The notes under the pieces were generated by a model. That model worked only from the letters and a program-made list of their open reading frames with translations, did no database searches and was not told the origin of the DNA. A stretch of 64,000 bases of DNA from Leidyana gryllorum EB-2025a (taxonomy: Eukaryota; Protista; Apicomplexa), in contig JBLWGC010000033.1 of NCBI GenBank assembly GCA_048772705.1, positions 253,744 to 317,743 of the forward strand, in the 5' to 3' direction. How positions within the stretch are numbered: the first letter of the stretch is position 1; the number at the start of each line of letters is the position of its first letter. The translations under genes were made by a program, and so were the position numbers. This document shows positions 40,070 to 52,084 of the stretch, in pieces.

Positions 40070-41692
40070 TTACTCGAATGGTTGTCCTCTTCGTGCGAAC
40101 TGCTTGCGTAGGATGAACCAACGGATGAGTAGTATTATAAGAATGACGACCAATGCTGCACAAATGAGCACTAGCGACAGGTAACCTATGTATTTGCCCA
40201 ATGACCAGACATCGCGCACCACCGTTTCAATTCTGACGGGCAGAGTTGAAGTGATCTCTTCGTTTTGGTAGACGGGTCCCTTCTGTAAGTCTTCCCCATC
40301 ATTGGGGAACCATCCACCTTGACCGTAATCCGCCCAGGCGTCAGTTTCTCCTCCCAAGTTATCTAAGAGCTCTTCCATTGCACAGCGGTTCTCTGGCCCC
40401 TCGACATTCACCACCATTGGGACGACTCTGACAGTTTGGCCCGCAGATTGGATAGCCTCGAGGGTGGCTTCATCAGCGGCGCCAGCTCGAGCATTACCAA
40501 CGGCGATCATTACAATCACCTCTCCATCGAATCTATCCAGGTCATTATCGTATATTTTCTTCAAGCATTGCATGATGGTGAATGCTCCATCATCCGAGTC
40601 TTCTTCAGAGTCACAGCTGTCGAGAGGCGTTTGAGGGTGAGATGCCCGGCCATTCTCGTAGTCGCTGAGGCGCGGTCTATAGGGCTCTGTGAGCATTTGG
40701 CTCCTGAAGCGGGCGTTGTAGTTGAAGTTCTGGGTTGGGTCCAAGCGGCATTGGTCTGCGGCTGAACCGAACGGAATAAGTCGAACTTCAACCTGACCCG
40801 GGACCATCATCGATTGCACAGCCTTTCGAAGGGCGTTCCAGGAGAGGATCTCGTGTCCAGGGGTTCTGTGGCAGGTTTGATCTGTTGAAAGAGTTCCCAC
40901 TCACCTCGCGAAGTCGGTAATAAAGTCGATACGTCGCGGGACATTGTCTGTCCACCAGTTCCGTTTGTGGCGGTGGGGGATATATCCGCAGAGCATTGCC
41001 TCATATGCACTGGCGATGGCATCGGTGTTGAGCTCATAACCAACTGGGAAGTGAGTGACATGTAAGGCGGCCTCATAACCGAGGGAGGCGAAATATTCCC
41101 TCCATGTCTCTCTAACTTGAATTGTTGGAACGTCTCCATCACTGGCTGCTCCATCGATGACTGTCTCGCTCGGGACGACGACAAGAAATTGGTTGAGATC
41201 TTGCGGATTGAGAGTGGCTGTTTCCGGTGGGGTGATAGCAAAGTATACAGCCCGCGTATCCTCAGCCTCGAAAGCCGCCATCCGCTCTCGTTGTGCTGCA
41301 GTGCCCACCATGTTTGGCTCGGACTTTATATCATTGGGATCTTGGGTGCACGGCCCACTAGTGCAAGTGGGTCGATCTTGGCAGAATCCAGCTGCGGGGA
41401 CCTCATCGGTAGGGAATCCAGTGACATCAGTCCATCGCGACGTCTGTTCGTTGAAGAATAGGTAAGAGAAGGTGGTTGGATCACTCGACGTCCAGGTGTT
41501 GTGGTAGAGATAACATCGGTTGTCATCGTTGAACTTCTCGATGCTAATGGTGGGCGTCGGTCCGTCAATAGGCCCGCCGTCTGCAGCGCATGGACCACGA
41601 AGCAACTCGCTTATCCTAGCCACAAGGCTGGTGGTCTGCCCAACCACCAATGAGGGAAGGGTTACCAGACTCAAAAAGATAGGACAACGCAT
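40070..41692 (-). CDS. Type I membrane protein of unknown function (2 exons, intron 40904-40866)
   Basis: Signal peptide MRCPIFLSLVTLPSLVVG, Cys-containing ectodomain, C-terminal TM YLSLVLICAALVVILIILLI followed by a basic tail. A 39-nt intron restores the frame. Confidence 0.75.
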
Positions 41693-41740
41693 TTGCCACA
41701 AAATATAATCAATATATATATATTAGACGACGCAAGGCAA

Positions 41741-42763
41741 ATGTCTGTTCTGCAGATATGTTTGTTGATTCTCCTGATCTTTGCCAGTAAGCTTTGAGTG
41801 TGCACACTCCGCCCTCGATCTCTCCTTCTGCTTCTAGTCCTGCTCGTTGTGTGGGATCGACTGCCCCCTCGCGTCGGCCTGCGACGCAAACTGGCCGTCG
41901 CCAGCTGGAACAAACCCTCCGATCCCACCATCTATGCCTCCTGTGACATTGATATCGAAAACGCACTCCAATTCATCAACTCTGTCAACCAATTGATCGC
42001 AACATCTGGCTACCAAGTACCTTTCAAAGTCACACTCACTGCCTTCTGTACCAGATGTGTCGCTCTCTGCATGGCCTCACACCCCCAAGTCAATGCCCGT
42101 CTCCTCCTTGGTAAACCTGTACAGCGACCCACTGTCGGCGTCTGTGTCTTAGCCTCCGTTGACGGCGTTAACAACGACGAACCCGCCGGACCCGATCCGG
42201 ACCTCAGCCGTATACTAATTGACGAAGCAGACCACCAGACAATGGCCAGTACCGCACTAAGGATTGAAAAGAAACTCGACTCCCTACGGTCTCGTACCGA
42301 TGCTGAACAAGCGGCCTTACATTTGCTCCTATCTGTCTGCCCGCAACTCCTCTTACGTCCAGTCGTCAACTTGTTGGCCTGGGTCACTTCCTGTGCCGGA
42401 CTGGGCGCACGCTGGATGAACCTCCGCCCACACCCCTTTGGCAGCCTGGTCATCACCAATGTTGGCACGTTCGGTGTCGATCAAGCCACAGTACCTCTCA
42501 CAAGCTTCTGCCACGCCCCCACCTTCCTGTGTCTGGGAGCCGTACGCAAAGTCCCCAGAGTCGTGGAAGTCAACGGCAGAGATACCGTGGCCGTACGAAG
42601 AGTCATGAACGCTACCGTATCCTTCGATCATCGACTAGCTGACGGAGCCATCCTCTCGCGACTGTACTCACAGTTCCGCTCACTGGTGGAAAATCCCCAG
42701 AAACACTTCAACCCCACAGCCGAGGCTGTCCCCTATCCCCTCCCCATTAACGTAGATAGCTAG
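41741..42763 (+). CDS. 2-oxoacid dehydrogenase E2-type acyltransferase, catalytic domain only, with N-terminal membrane anchor (intron 41787-41837)
   Basis: Spliced N-terminus MSVLQICLLILLIFAILLVVW; RRKLAVASW; GSLVITNVGTFG; SFDHRLADGA (catalytic DHRxxDG). No lipoyl domain. Confidence 0.85.
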
Positions 42764-42786
42764 AGAGTAATAGAACTTTTTTGCAC

Positions 42787-43972
42787 ATGGCCACACGCGA
42801 AACGCCTGTCGGCACCACGCGTGAAGACTTGAGACGCAAGAGAGAGCTAGAAGAAGCCAGGAAGTCCGGCCTTATCCCTGCCGAGAAGGATGAGGAAGGC
42901 CGAGACATCAATCCCCATATCCCACAGTATATCGCTCGAGCCCCATGGTATTTGAACAATGAGCAGCCTTCACTCAAACATCAACGCCGGAGTGATCAAC
43001 AAGCCCGCGAAGATGAGAGTCGGATAGCACAATGGTACTCACGAGGAATTATCAAAGAGAGCGCTGCTCAACCCCGCAAATTCAAGCCAGGCTCCTGCCA
43101 AAACTGTGGGGCAACTACCCACAAGGCTGTGGACTGTTTAGAAAGACCTCGAGCTAAGGGGGCAAAGTGGACCGGAAAGGATATCGCGCCCGATGAGTAT
43201 ATACCAACCGAACAAATCGCTGAATTCGAAGCCAAAAGGGATCGTTGGGGAGGCTATAATCCCGACACTTTCACTCAAATTGTAGAAGAATATCAACAAA
43301 TTGAGGATGAGCAGAAGAAAAGGGCTGCCGAACAACAACCAGCCGAGGCTCCCAAGAAGAAACGGAGACGGACCAATGATGATGATAATGATAATGCATC
43401 TTCGTCAGAAGATGACGACTCGTCCAGTAGCGAAACAGAAGGCGGAGCTGATACCAAAATCAAAGATTTCGATGTCAGCAACGCGCCTGTCGGTACCAAA
43501 GATGACCGCACTCGAACTACCACCCGCAACTTGCGAATCAGGGAGGATAAAGCAAAGTATCTCATTAATCTGGATCTCGAGTCAGCCTTCTATGATCCAA
43601 AAACTCGCTCTATGAGAGGGGATCCCACCAAGGGCTTGTCCGAGGATGTCAGACAACGGATCATTTATCGGGGAGATAATGCCATCCGCAATACGGGTGA
43701 AACTGGATTGGTGCGCGAGTACGACACCTTCGCGTGGGACGCCTATAAGCATGGGCAAGAAATCCATCGACAGGCCCATCCTACTCAGTTAGAGTTGACA
43801 TATAAAGAGCAGAAGAAAAAGCGAGAGGTAAGCGCAAGCTCCAATACTGTTGTGTACTCTATCTTCTTCACAGGCAATCAACGTAGAGCTCCGTAACGAG
43901 CTGCTGAACAAGTATGGCGGCGCTGAATACCTCCAAGTGCCCCAGGATCTCCAGCCGGAGAAGGAACCATGA
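42787..43972 (+). CDS. SLU7: Pre-mRNA splicing factor SLU7 (intron 43828-43873)
   Basis: ELEEARK.G..PAE.DEEG.DINPHIPQYI..APWY; zinc knuckle CQNCGATTHKAVDC; KRDRW.GY; RNLRIRED.AKYL.NLD..SAFYDPKTRSMR; last exon LLNKYGG. Confidence 0.95.
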
Positions 43973-44046
43973 TGTGAGCTCACACCGCACACACGTGTTT
44001 GGGCGCGCGGAGACATCTATATCAGTAATCCTTTGTTTTCAAGCGG

Positions 44047-44804
44047 TCATGTGTTAGCCTCTTTGATTTTGGTATTGGAGAAGGCCACTGCTGACATGGC
44101 ATCTGGCATTCGTTCGATGGCGAACTTATGCTGAGTCACAGTCATGATCGGTACACCCGGTATTTTCCGGATTCTCTGTTTGAGTTCCTTATCGGAGGTT
44201 GCGACGACGTAGCAGCGGTGGTCTTGAACGCGTTTGACGATGCAGTCATCAGCATATGTCCCTTTATGATTACACGTCAATCGTACAATGCGTGGATCGT
44301 TAGCTATCCGCAATGCCAATCTGAACCGGTGTCCCATCTTCTCCAACTCCCCGATGACGCAGTCTGTAATTGTGGGGATACACTTGGCCATGAGGCAATC
44401 CATCATTCCTTTGAAGATATCCGTTTTGTGCTGAATGGAGAAGTTGATAAAGTTGGTATCCATAAGAACTCGGTAAGGGGGGCCCAACTTGGCGTTGTAG
44501 CTAAAGAAGAGCGACGAGGGCGCTTGCTCTCTGCAGAAAGGATGTCAGATTGAGCTTATTTCCGGCTGACTTACACTTGAACAACGGTCCCTTCACCATT
44601 CAAACCTTCTTTCTTCTTCTTATAGTTGGGTAGGGGTTCTTTCCGCTTCTTTTTTCCTGCCTCTTCGAGCTGAGCTTTGAAGGAGACTTTACTGGAGATA
44701 CAATGATGGCTGGCGTTTCCCTATCTAATCACTCACAGTCTGTCATCGTTCTTCTTTATCCTTGCGGCCTTTTGGACCTTGCGAAGCTTCTTGGCCTTGC
44801 CCAT
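44047..44804 (-). CDS. FCF1: rRNA-processing PIN nuclease FCF1/UTP24 (3 exons)
   Basis: MGKAKKLRK N-terminus from ATG 44804; LFFSYNAKLGPPYRVLMDTNFINFSI; ITDCVIGELEK; CNHKGTYADDC; RIRKIPGVPIM. Confidence 0.95.
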
Positions 44805-44821
44805 TCTATGCTAAAATTTTA

Positions 44822-45784
44822 ATGCTTTCCGGGTGCCAAGTTCTTCCAGCCGACTTCTATGAGCATCAGTTAGATCCTGCAGAGGCTGCGCGTTCGTTGA
44901 TTGGGAAGATAATTTGGACAGATCGGAACAATGAGTTAGTGGGGCTTCAGATATTGGAGACAGAAGGGTACGGTGCTGACGATGACGCTTGCCACGCCTT
45001 CTTGAAACGTCGTACGAAACGCACGGCTGTTTTCTACGAGTCGGGGGGAAAGCTGTATATATATAAATGCTATGGCTGCCATTTCATGGTGAACGTCATT
45101 TTCGGTCCCGTGGACGAGCCAATCGCAGTGTTGATTCGAGCGGGAGCACCCGTCTATAACGCAGACGTGATGATGGCGCGGCGGTTAGCAGCCTCCCGCA
45201 GCCCGAAAGCGGCAGAGAAAAAATGGTCGCTCACCGAGGTCGCCCGGGGGCCCGGTCTGGTGGCCATAGTGCTCAACCTGGAAGACGCTGACTATGGATG
45301 CGATCTAACCCATTTTGCCAAGTCGCGAGTGTGCATCACGGAACCTCTGTCGGCCAAGTCGATAATGTCGAGATTATCTCTGAATGCGCAGTGCTCCACG
45401 CCATCAACTGTGGCGCAGGAAGAAGAGAAGGATGAAAGCGCCCTGGAGGCAGGGGAGGCTGTGGACGTGTCAGGCTCCTCCTCCTTGTCGACTTGCTGCA
45501 GCAGCAGCGACATACATCTTGAGAGAATTTGTGAGTACGAGGGTGAGGGGGGTTGGGATGTGGCGGAGACGGTGGCCGGATGGGAGATTGGTGTTAGTCC
45601 ACGTATTGGTATAAGTGGTTCGGATGCGGGTCTGCCGTGGAGGTTTTATCTCGTTGGTCATAAGGGTGTGTCTAAAGGTCCGATGAGTTGGGAACCTGTA
45701 GAGCGTGGGAAGGCGAAGCGAAGAGCTAAGGAGATTGAGAAGACAAAGATCGATGTTGCCAAAAGGCCACGTAGTAAAGTTTGA
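44822..45784 (+). CDS. MPG: 3-methyladenine (alkylpurine) DNA glycosylase, AAG/MPG family
   Basis: ARSLIGK, ILETEGY, YIYKCYG.H, AVLIRAG, RGPG, RIGI, PWRFY. An acidic insertion precedes RIGI and the C-tail is basic. Confidence 0.92.
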   Translation: MLSGCQVLPADFYEHQLDPAEAARSLIGKIIWTDRNNELVGLQILETEGYGADDDACHAFLKRRTKRTAVFYESGGKLYIYKCYGCHFMVNVIFGPVDEPIAVLIRAGAPVYNADVMMARRLAASRSPKAAEKKWSLTEVARGPGLVAIVLNLEDADYGCDLTHFAKSRVCITEPLSAKSIMSRLSLNAQCSTPSTVAQEEEKDESALEAGEAVDVSGSSSLSTCCSSSDIHLERICEYEGEGGWDVAETVAGWEIGVSPRIGISGSDAGLPWRFYLVGHKGVSKGPMSWEPVERGKAKRRAKEIEKTKIDVAKRPRSKV

Positions 45785-45789
45785 TTCTG

Positions 45790-48700
45790 TCAGTGTAATA
45801 CGAGCGGTGTATAAAAATACTCTTGTGGCTCCAGATATACTGTTGTTGGCGGACTGAGAGTACTGATATTATCGCGCGGGAATAAATCTTGGTTTCGGTT
45901 CAAACCGCCTTTGATACTTTCCCTTAGTCCCGGAAAATGCCACTCTGGAGACTGCCACATATCCTGAGGAACACGAACTTGTTGATGAGCGGGATGGACT
46001 CGCATCCGCCGGCCAGCGGTCTGCTGGAACCCGCGCTCCATTGCAATCATTTGTACGCCTCCTTTCATTATCCCACGGAGCGCAGGATCCATTATCCCCA
46101 CCGAACAGAAAGCTTGGACTGGTTGATTGCCCGTAGTCATCATCGGTGGGATCCACACAGACTTGAAAGTCTCCTTCTTATCCTTTGGATTTCGTTTGCT
46201 GCGCCTCTTAACGGCATCCGAGGCAGACGAAACTGCAGATGACAGAGAGGACACTGTTGCCGACTCGGTTCCACTCGCAGAATCCCCTGATTTAACTGTC
46301 ACCTCCTTCTTACCGCTGCCTTTCGGGGTTGTACCACTCTCATCGTCATCACGACGATTCACAGGCGCAGCAGGGCGACTTTCAGTCAATTTTGGCACAG
46401 AATCTGTCAAACTCGAAGATGAAGAACTTCGCCGCCGTCCGTGCGATACTTTGGAGGAAGCAATGCTCGGTCGTTTCGACCCTCCCGCTACACTTCCACC
46501 CGTCGGCCGAGTCGGCCGCAGAGCCGGAGCCCTTCCGTCAGCAGAATTAAAGGCACTACCTTGAAGGTCTGAGTGACCACCATAACCACTTGGCCGCCGT
46601 GATGACCCCTTCCGGTCGTCATATCTGCTGCCTCCACCGTACTGTTGTCCTGACCCGCCGCTGTGATCTCCGCCACCCATATTGTACGAGGCCGAAGGTG
46701 GCTGGTATTTTCCGCCATTATACATCCCCTGGATATAAGTCGGGCTCTCGCTGTGATGCGAACTCCCATAGTGTGACCCTCGCCGAGACCCATTGTTGCT
46801 CTCTCTATTCATATTGTTGACCATTCCACCATATCGCCCTTCATTGGTCTGCTGTCCATTGTATCTCGAACTGTTCTCATATCCACTACTGTGACGACTC
46901 TGAGGTCCGCGCCTCGATCCTGCTCGAGACCCTCCCGCATAACGACTTCCCTCGCCGCCACCGCCTCCGTAACGACTTCCCTCGCCGCCACCGCCTCCGT
47001 AACGACTTCCCTCGCCACCACCGCCTCCATAGCGGGAGCCTCCGCCCCCACCGTACCCAGACGCTTCTTTCAAGCCATACGGTGCACTGTCTCCCGTGTC
47101 CTCATACCGATGTGCCATTGTCTCCTTGTGGATTTGCCCTGCGCCACCTCCATATCGGCTCGACTCCGGGCCGAATTGGGAACTCGTTGGCTCAGTGTTC
47201 TCACCATATCGAGAACCACCGAACCGTGACCCTCGTCGAGACCCTTCCTTGGCAGCACCAGGGGGTGGGAACTCGTTGGGCCGCATATTGTAGCGAGGCG
47301 AACTGTCAACAGGTGAGTCCGGAACATAGCGATGCGGGTCGGGACTCGGACTCGGACTCGCAGCGGCATAATGACCCATTCCTACCCCGCATCCAGTGTA
47401 GTTGGACTGCACTATGGGGTGATGTTTGACAGTCGGTTGTGCGTCATAGGGCGCCACGCCGTCTGAAGGGGATCCGTCATGCTGAGCCTCATGACGGAGA
47501 TAGCTCGGCATATAACTCCCATGGCTCTCATGTCTGCTGGCAGGTCTCGATGACGCCATGCTGCGTCGGTCTTCTTCATGAACCACACCTCTGCTGCCTC
47601 TTCGACTCCCAGCTCGACTTCCCACCCTGCTTCCTTCTGACTTGCGCTCCAAATAGGATGTCGGATAACAATTAACAGGCGATTCAAGGCTACTTCGTTC
47701 ACCACTCGATTTGCGATTGCTGGCAGGCGAGGGGACAACAAGATGGTGATGATGAGAGGAAGCAACACTTGATCGATGAGACGGTCGATAGGCCGCAGAT
47801 TCTTCGGCTGACATTATTTCCAAGCGCGACGACTGCATTTCGTCTGGAGGAAGCTGGTAAGACACGCGTCTCTGGCTGGCCCCTGATCGCACACGTGTGT
47901 GCCCATTCTGAGGTGTTTGGCGATATTCCTCATACTCATCATCCGAGTCTGGCATTTCGCGCTGACTCTTAGACGCTGATGAGCGTCTGTCGGGAAAGGC
48001 TCCACGCAGATTGCTGTTAACCGAGCTACGGCGGCGTTTGCCAATGGTCGTTCCAGCGAAGGGGCCAGTGGTCTGGACACTCTGTTGAGACTCGCTGTGA
48101 GCCAGGACTTGTGGGAAGGAGACCCGGCGATCTCGAGTGGGGGACGGCGTGTTGTCACTGAATTTCGCTTGTTGAGGAGCCCCGTAAGTGGGCGAGATGG
48201 ATGAAGTGGCTGATCGTTTGTCAAGCTCACGGCCGCTCCGAGGGGAGCCGCCAATACCGGAAGAGGAAGTCGGACTTCTCGGGACGGCGAAGCGCGCAGC
48301 AGGTGAAGGCTGATAGGCCTCCGACATGGGCACTTGATTCGACTCCGGGACAGAGGGGGCATAGGAATCGACACTCATGATGTTGTTACTGAGAGAGTTG
48401 AGAGGGGGAGCATACGAGTCCAGGACGACGAGGTGATTGTGGGAAGGTGACGGAGAGTCGGGTATGGCGGCGGACTCTTCGGATGATGAGGAATCGGATA
48501 TGCGCTGAGACTTTCGAGAAGGAGCTCTGTGGAGCGCCGATGGAGGGGAAGCCATATATGTAGAATGAGGGCCTCCTGTGGGGATGGGAGGGCTGGATAT
48601 GTCGAATATCTGTGGAGCAATTTTGGGAGTGACGTCTCCGTGTAGAGCGCGCGCCAGAGGTGAGGGGGCCAGAAATGGTGGTCGAGACGAATATGATTCG

Positions 48701-50674
48701 TCTCTGTGTAGATTATGGGGGGTGGAGAGACCATCGGAGTCCTCAGGTCCGACTAATCGGGGTGGTAAGGTGGAGGGGAGGCCAATTCTTTGGTTCATCT
48801 CCGCTTCGGTGATAGGAGCGTGGGAGGAGCTCGAATGTCCTCGGTCCTGGCATCCCATTGGCATGAGTCCCGAGCCTTGGGACGACGGGGAGCCTTGGCC
48901 CAGTTGACCCATAGCGACAATACCATGGCTCAGATTACTGGAACCAGCCGAGAGCATTTGCTGCGCCAGCAATCCCGGAGAGTGTGTTTGGACGAAATGA
49001 TTGGAGATCATAGAGTCTTGTTGGTTCAAAGCCCGCACCACGTTATGCGACAAAGGACTTAGCGATTTTTGGACGTGGGCGATCAACAGGGTGCCGGGGA
49101 GCGGGGAGGTTGCGAAAGGCGTTAGTGAATCCCCCACTCCGGACTCCTCCAGGGTTCCGTAGCTGGGAACTCGGGCCGGTGGCAAGCCATATGGAGGCTC
49201 GAGAGTGCCAGCCACGGACCGGGAACCGGAGTGTCGGCGGGCGGCAGAAGCAACAGAGTCGTCCAGGGATCCGGCCGAAGCCGTAAGGGCGTGACGGCCG
49301 TGCGGCGGCGGTTTGAGCCTGGTGGGATAGAAAGATTTTGAGATGACAGAGAGCAAAACGCGTCGTGTGTGCTTACATTGCTTCCGACTGGATGAGAGCG
49401 CTCAGCCCCGTGGCACTGATACCGCTCGGTTGAGTGTCCAACTGAGGGGCGAGCAGTGCATTGTCGTATTCCTCCTCAGCAGCGACAACAAGGTTCGCTG
49501 GAGGGAGTCTGGCGGGTGGAAGCGCGCTGGGAGACTCAGCATTGTTGAAGGGCGATCCGGCCAAACTGTGAGCGCCAGCCGCGTAGGGGGAGCCCCCAGC
49601 GACATAGGAGCTGCCAGCGGCCGACGATGCCGACTCCAGCAACACCGGATGGGGCGGACTGGGCGCAATTAGTGTGGGAATGGCAGTCGCTGGTGAACCT
49701 GCTGCTCCACCACCACCCGCTGAATACGGTGACGACGGCGGCGGATTGTGTATGAATTCGTTGGCAGCAGTATAAGTACTGCTGCCTGTGAGAGACGAGG
49801 GGGCTGTGAGGCCCAATGGCGATACTGTTGCGACAGGCGAGTGGATCGCAGGCACATCGGGTACCGCGGAAGGTGACCTTCCAGTTGGACCCGATCCACC
49901 AGGTGAATATGAGGTGCTAATGGGTTCCGAACTGGAGAAGGGCGTTCCTTCTCGGCTGTCATTCATTGCTGCCGCGGGAATTTCATTCGAAGCACTACTG
50001 ATCGATGATGAAGTAGTGTCGGTGTGCTGTTGCGGCACACCGGAGAGATCGACAGGAGGCACAATTGGAGGAGACATATGGTCGTTGGGCGCCCCCGGAT
50101 GTAAAATTCGCGTCTCGATGGTATTTCTATGCATTGGTTGATAGCTTCGATGGGAAGAGGAGGCTGGGTACAGACTGGAAGGCGCGTGGTCATCATCAGC
50201 AATAATGCTGCCAGAAGTTGTGGAGTCAGGAACGATTGTGTTATTGTGCATTTGATCAAATCGAGCATCACTCATGAGCGACTCGCTCCCGGCCTCTGCC
50301 GAAGTATCAACACCGAGCAGATTGGCATCCAAAGAGCTGTTCTCAGCATAAAGATTCGCAGCTGTTTGACGCATATCTCCATGCGGTGGAGCAGAGGAAG
50401 GGACAGCAAAGTTCATATATTCGTCAGTAGGGTCAACGGTATACGAGTCAGGCGTCGCGCCGTCATAATTATCAGGAAAGTCAGCCATAACAGCCACCGT
50501 CACGGGAGGATCCCTTGCGACAACATTGTCGACCTATCTCTCGTATGGAAATAATCGCCATTACTTATATGCGCTTACGGCCGGCGGGTCCTCTGCAATG
50601 TCAGGGGTGTGATGAGCCTGCCAGTCGTGAGTCGGTCCAGGCTGACATTCCCGCGTGCTCCTGTCTGAACTCAT
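45790..50674 (-). CDS. Very large (~1,590 aa) S/G/P-rich low-complexity protein, 3 exons (introns 50578-50534, 49376-49319)
   Basis: Two GTAAGC...AG introns join exon 50674-50579 and ORFs 49373..50503 and 45790..49356 in frame. No recognisable globular domain. Confidence 0.7.
46941..47030. repeat. 30-bp tandem repeat x3 (YGGGGGEGSR on the minus strand)
   Basis: aacgacttccctcgcc(g/a)ccaccgcctcc(g/a)t at 46941, 46971 and 47001. Confidence 0.95.
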
Positions 50675-50703
50675 CCAAAAAGTAGCAAAAAAATATATGG
50701 GCT

Positions 50704-51306
50704 ATGCGACCTCCATCAATCCGCAAGTTTGATCATCACCAATCTTATGATTTAGCCGCTGTCGCCTTCGCTCTCATCCCTCCACCTCGCCTCTTCCCCG
50801 TCGCAGCCGATAATAAAGCCAAACCGAATGACGATGACGACACTATCCATCAATTCCAATTTGATCCTTATACGGGACAGATTGCCTTGACCAAGGATAA
50901 GACCATCAAAGTCAAGATCAGCACGCCAACGCACTACCTGGGACCCGTCGGCTTCCATCCAGCCAATGCGGGTCAACCAGGGATGTGGATGGGGGCTGGT
51001 ATGGGAGGAGGCATGGGAATGGGTATGCAGATGGGCATGAACATGGGAGGTTTTCCCATGGCCAGGGCTCCAGCCCGTCAAATGCCGATGGGCGGCGGTG
51101 TCAATCGCCATGGGAACAATTATTTTCAGGTCCAAAACAACGGAGCACCAGTGGCTCAACAGTTACCCGCACAAGCACCTCAAGTCGGAAGTCCGGCCTA
51201 TAAAGCAGATCTGGCCGAGCTAGTCCTGCTGATGAACATTGAATCAGCAGCCCAGAGGAAAAAGCTGCTGCAGGACATACGCAGAGTGGATCAGATTGGT
51301 AGATAA
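50704..51306 (+). CDS. Hypothetical 200-aa protein with a G/M-rich segment
   Basis: ATG-started ORF containing GMWMGAGMGGGMGMGMQMGMNMGG and a helical-looking C-terminus. Confidence 0.6.
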   Translation: MRPPSIRKFDHHQSYDLAAVAFALIPPPRLFPVAADNKAKPNDDDDTIHQFQFDPYTGQIALTKDKTIKVKISTPTHYLGPVGFHPANAGQPGMWMGAGMGGGMGMGMQMGMNMGGFPMARAPARQMPMGGGVNRHGNNYFQVQNNGAPVAQQLPAQAPQVGSPAYKADLAELVLLMNIESAAQRKKLLQDIRRVDQIGR

Positions 51307-51539
51307 CGCTGAACCGTGCTGGTAGCAACATGTCCGCCCCTTAGACTGACTCATTGATGTACTCAAGTTTGACATCTAGATCGTTTTTGAACGTTTTAGA
51401 AGATTCCCCCTGTTTCGTGCCGCCTTGCACAGTGGACTGAGCCGTCAGCATATATAAAGTTACATACATCCAGAAAGTTAGTGCTCGATGTGTGCGCCGG
51501 CCAGTCGGCCGCACACACGCACGCACAGAGGCAACAGTA

Positions 51540-52075
51540 TTACTGTGGCTGTTGCTGTTGGGGAGGAGGTAAACTGGTGGGCGCCGCACTCATGTTCGTA
51601 CAAAGCCGCTTGAGCTGATCCATGAAGCCTTGTACGTCATTGGGAGCGAGTCCCAAAGCAACACACGCAGCCTGGGTGGGCGATTGTGCGGGAGGGCGAA
51701 AAAAAAGTTGAAACTTACTGTGGACCAATCCTCAAAGTCAGCAAAATGATGTTTGTCGATGAGGTTGGGGTGCGATGCGAGTTCTAATGCGGACTGCTTG
51801 TAGATCGCTTCATATCCCTCGAAAGTCTGAGGGGATTTGGTTGACTGAGGGATCGGACTGATATCATTTACCATCTTTGTGAGGTCAATCGGGTAGATAG
51901 CAAGAAGCGGGTTTACTTCGAGCAGTTTCTCATACGACAGCGTCTGCGGCTCATCCTCAGCAGTTGCTACTTGCTGTTTTGCAGGTGGCGGCGGGGGAGG
52001 GGGAGGAGGCCTCAGTATCATTTTATGTCCATCAGCTGGCAATGAAAAATTAGGGTCCTTGATCAAAAAGTTCAT
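51540..52075 (-). CDS. Hypothetical Pro-rich protein (2 exons, intron 51718-51672), start uncertain
   Basis: A phase-0 GTAAGT...CAG intron joins ORF 51590..52075 to 51540..51728. The real start may be ATG 52021 (MILRPPPP). Confidence 0.5.
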
Positions 52076-52084
52076 ATTCGTAAA

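Noticed and set aside
40882-40904. 23-nt intron using the first CAG
   Set aside because: It leads to a premature stop. The acceptor at 40866 keeps the frame through to the TM segment.
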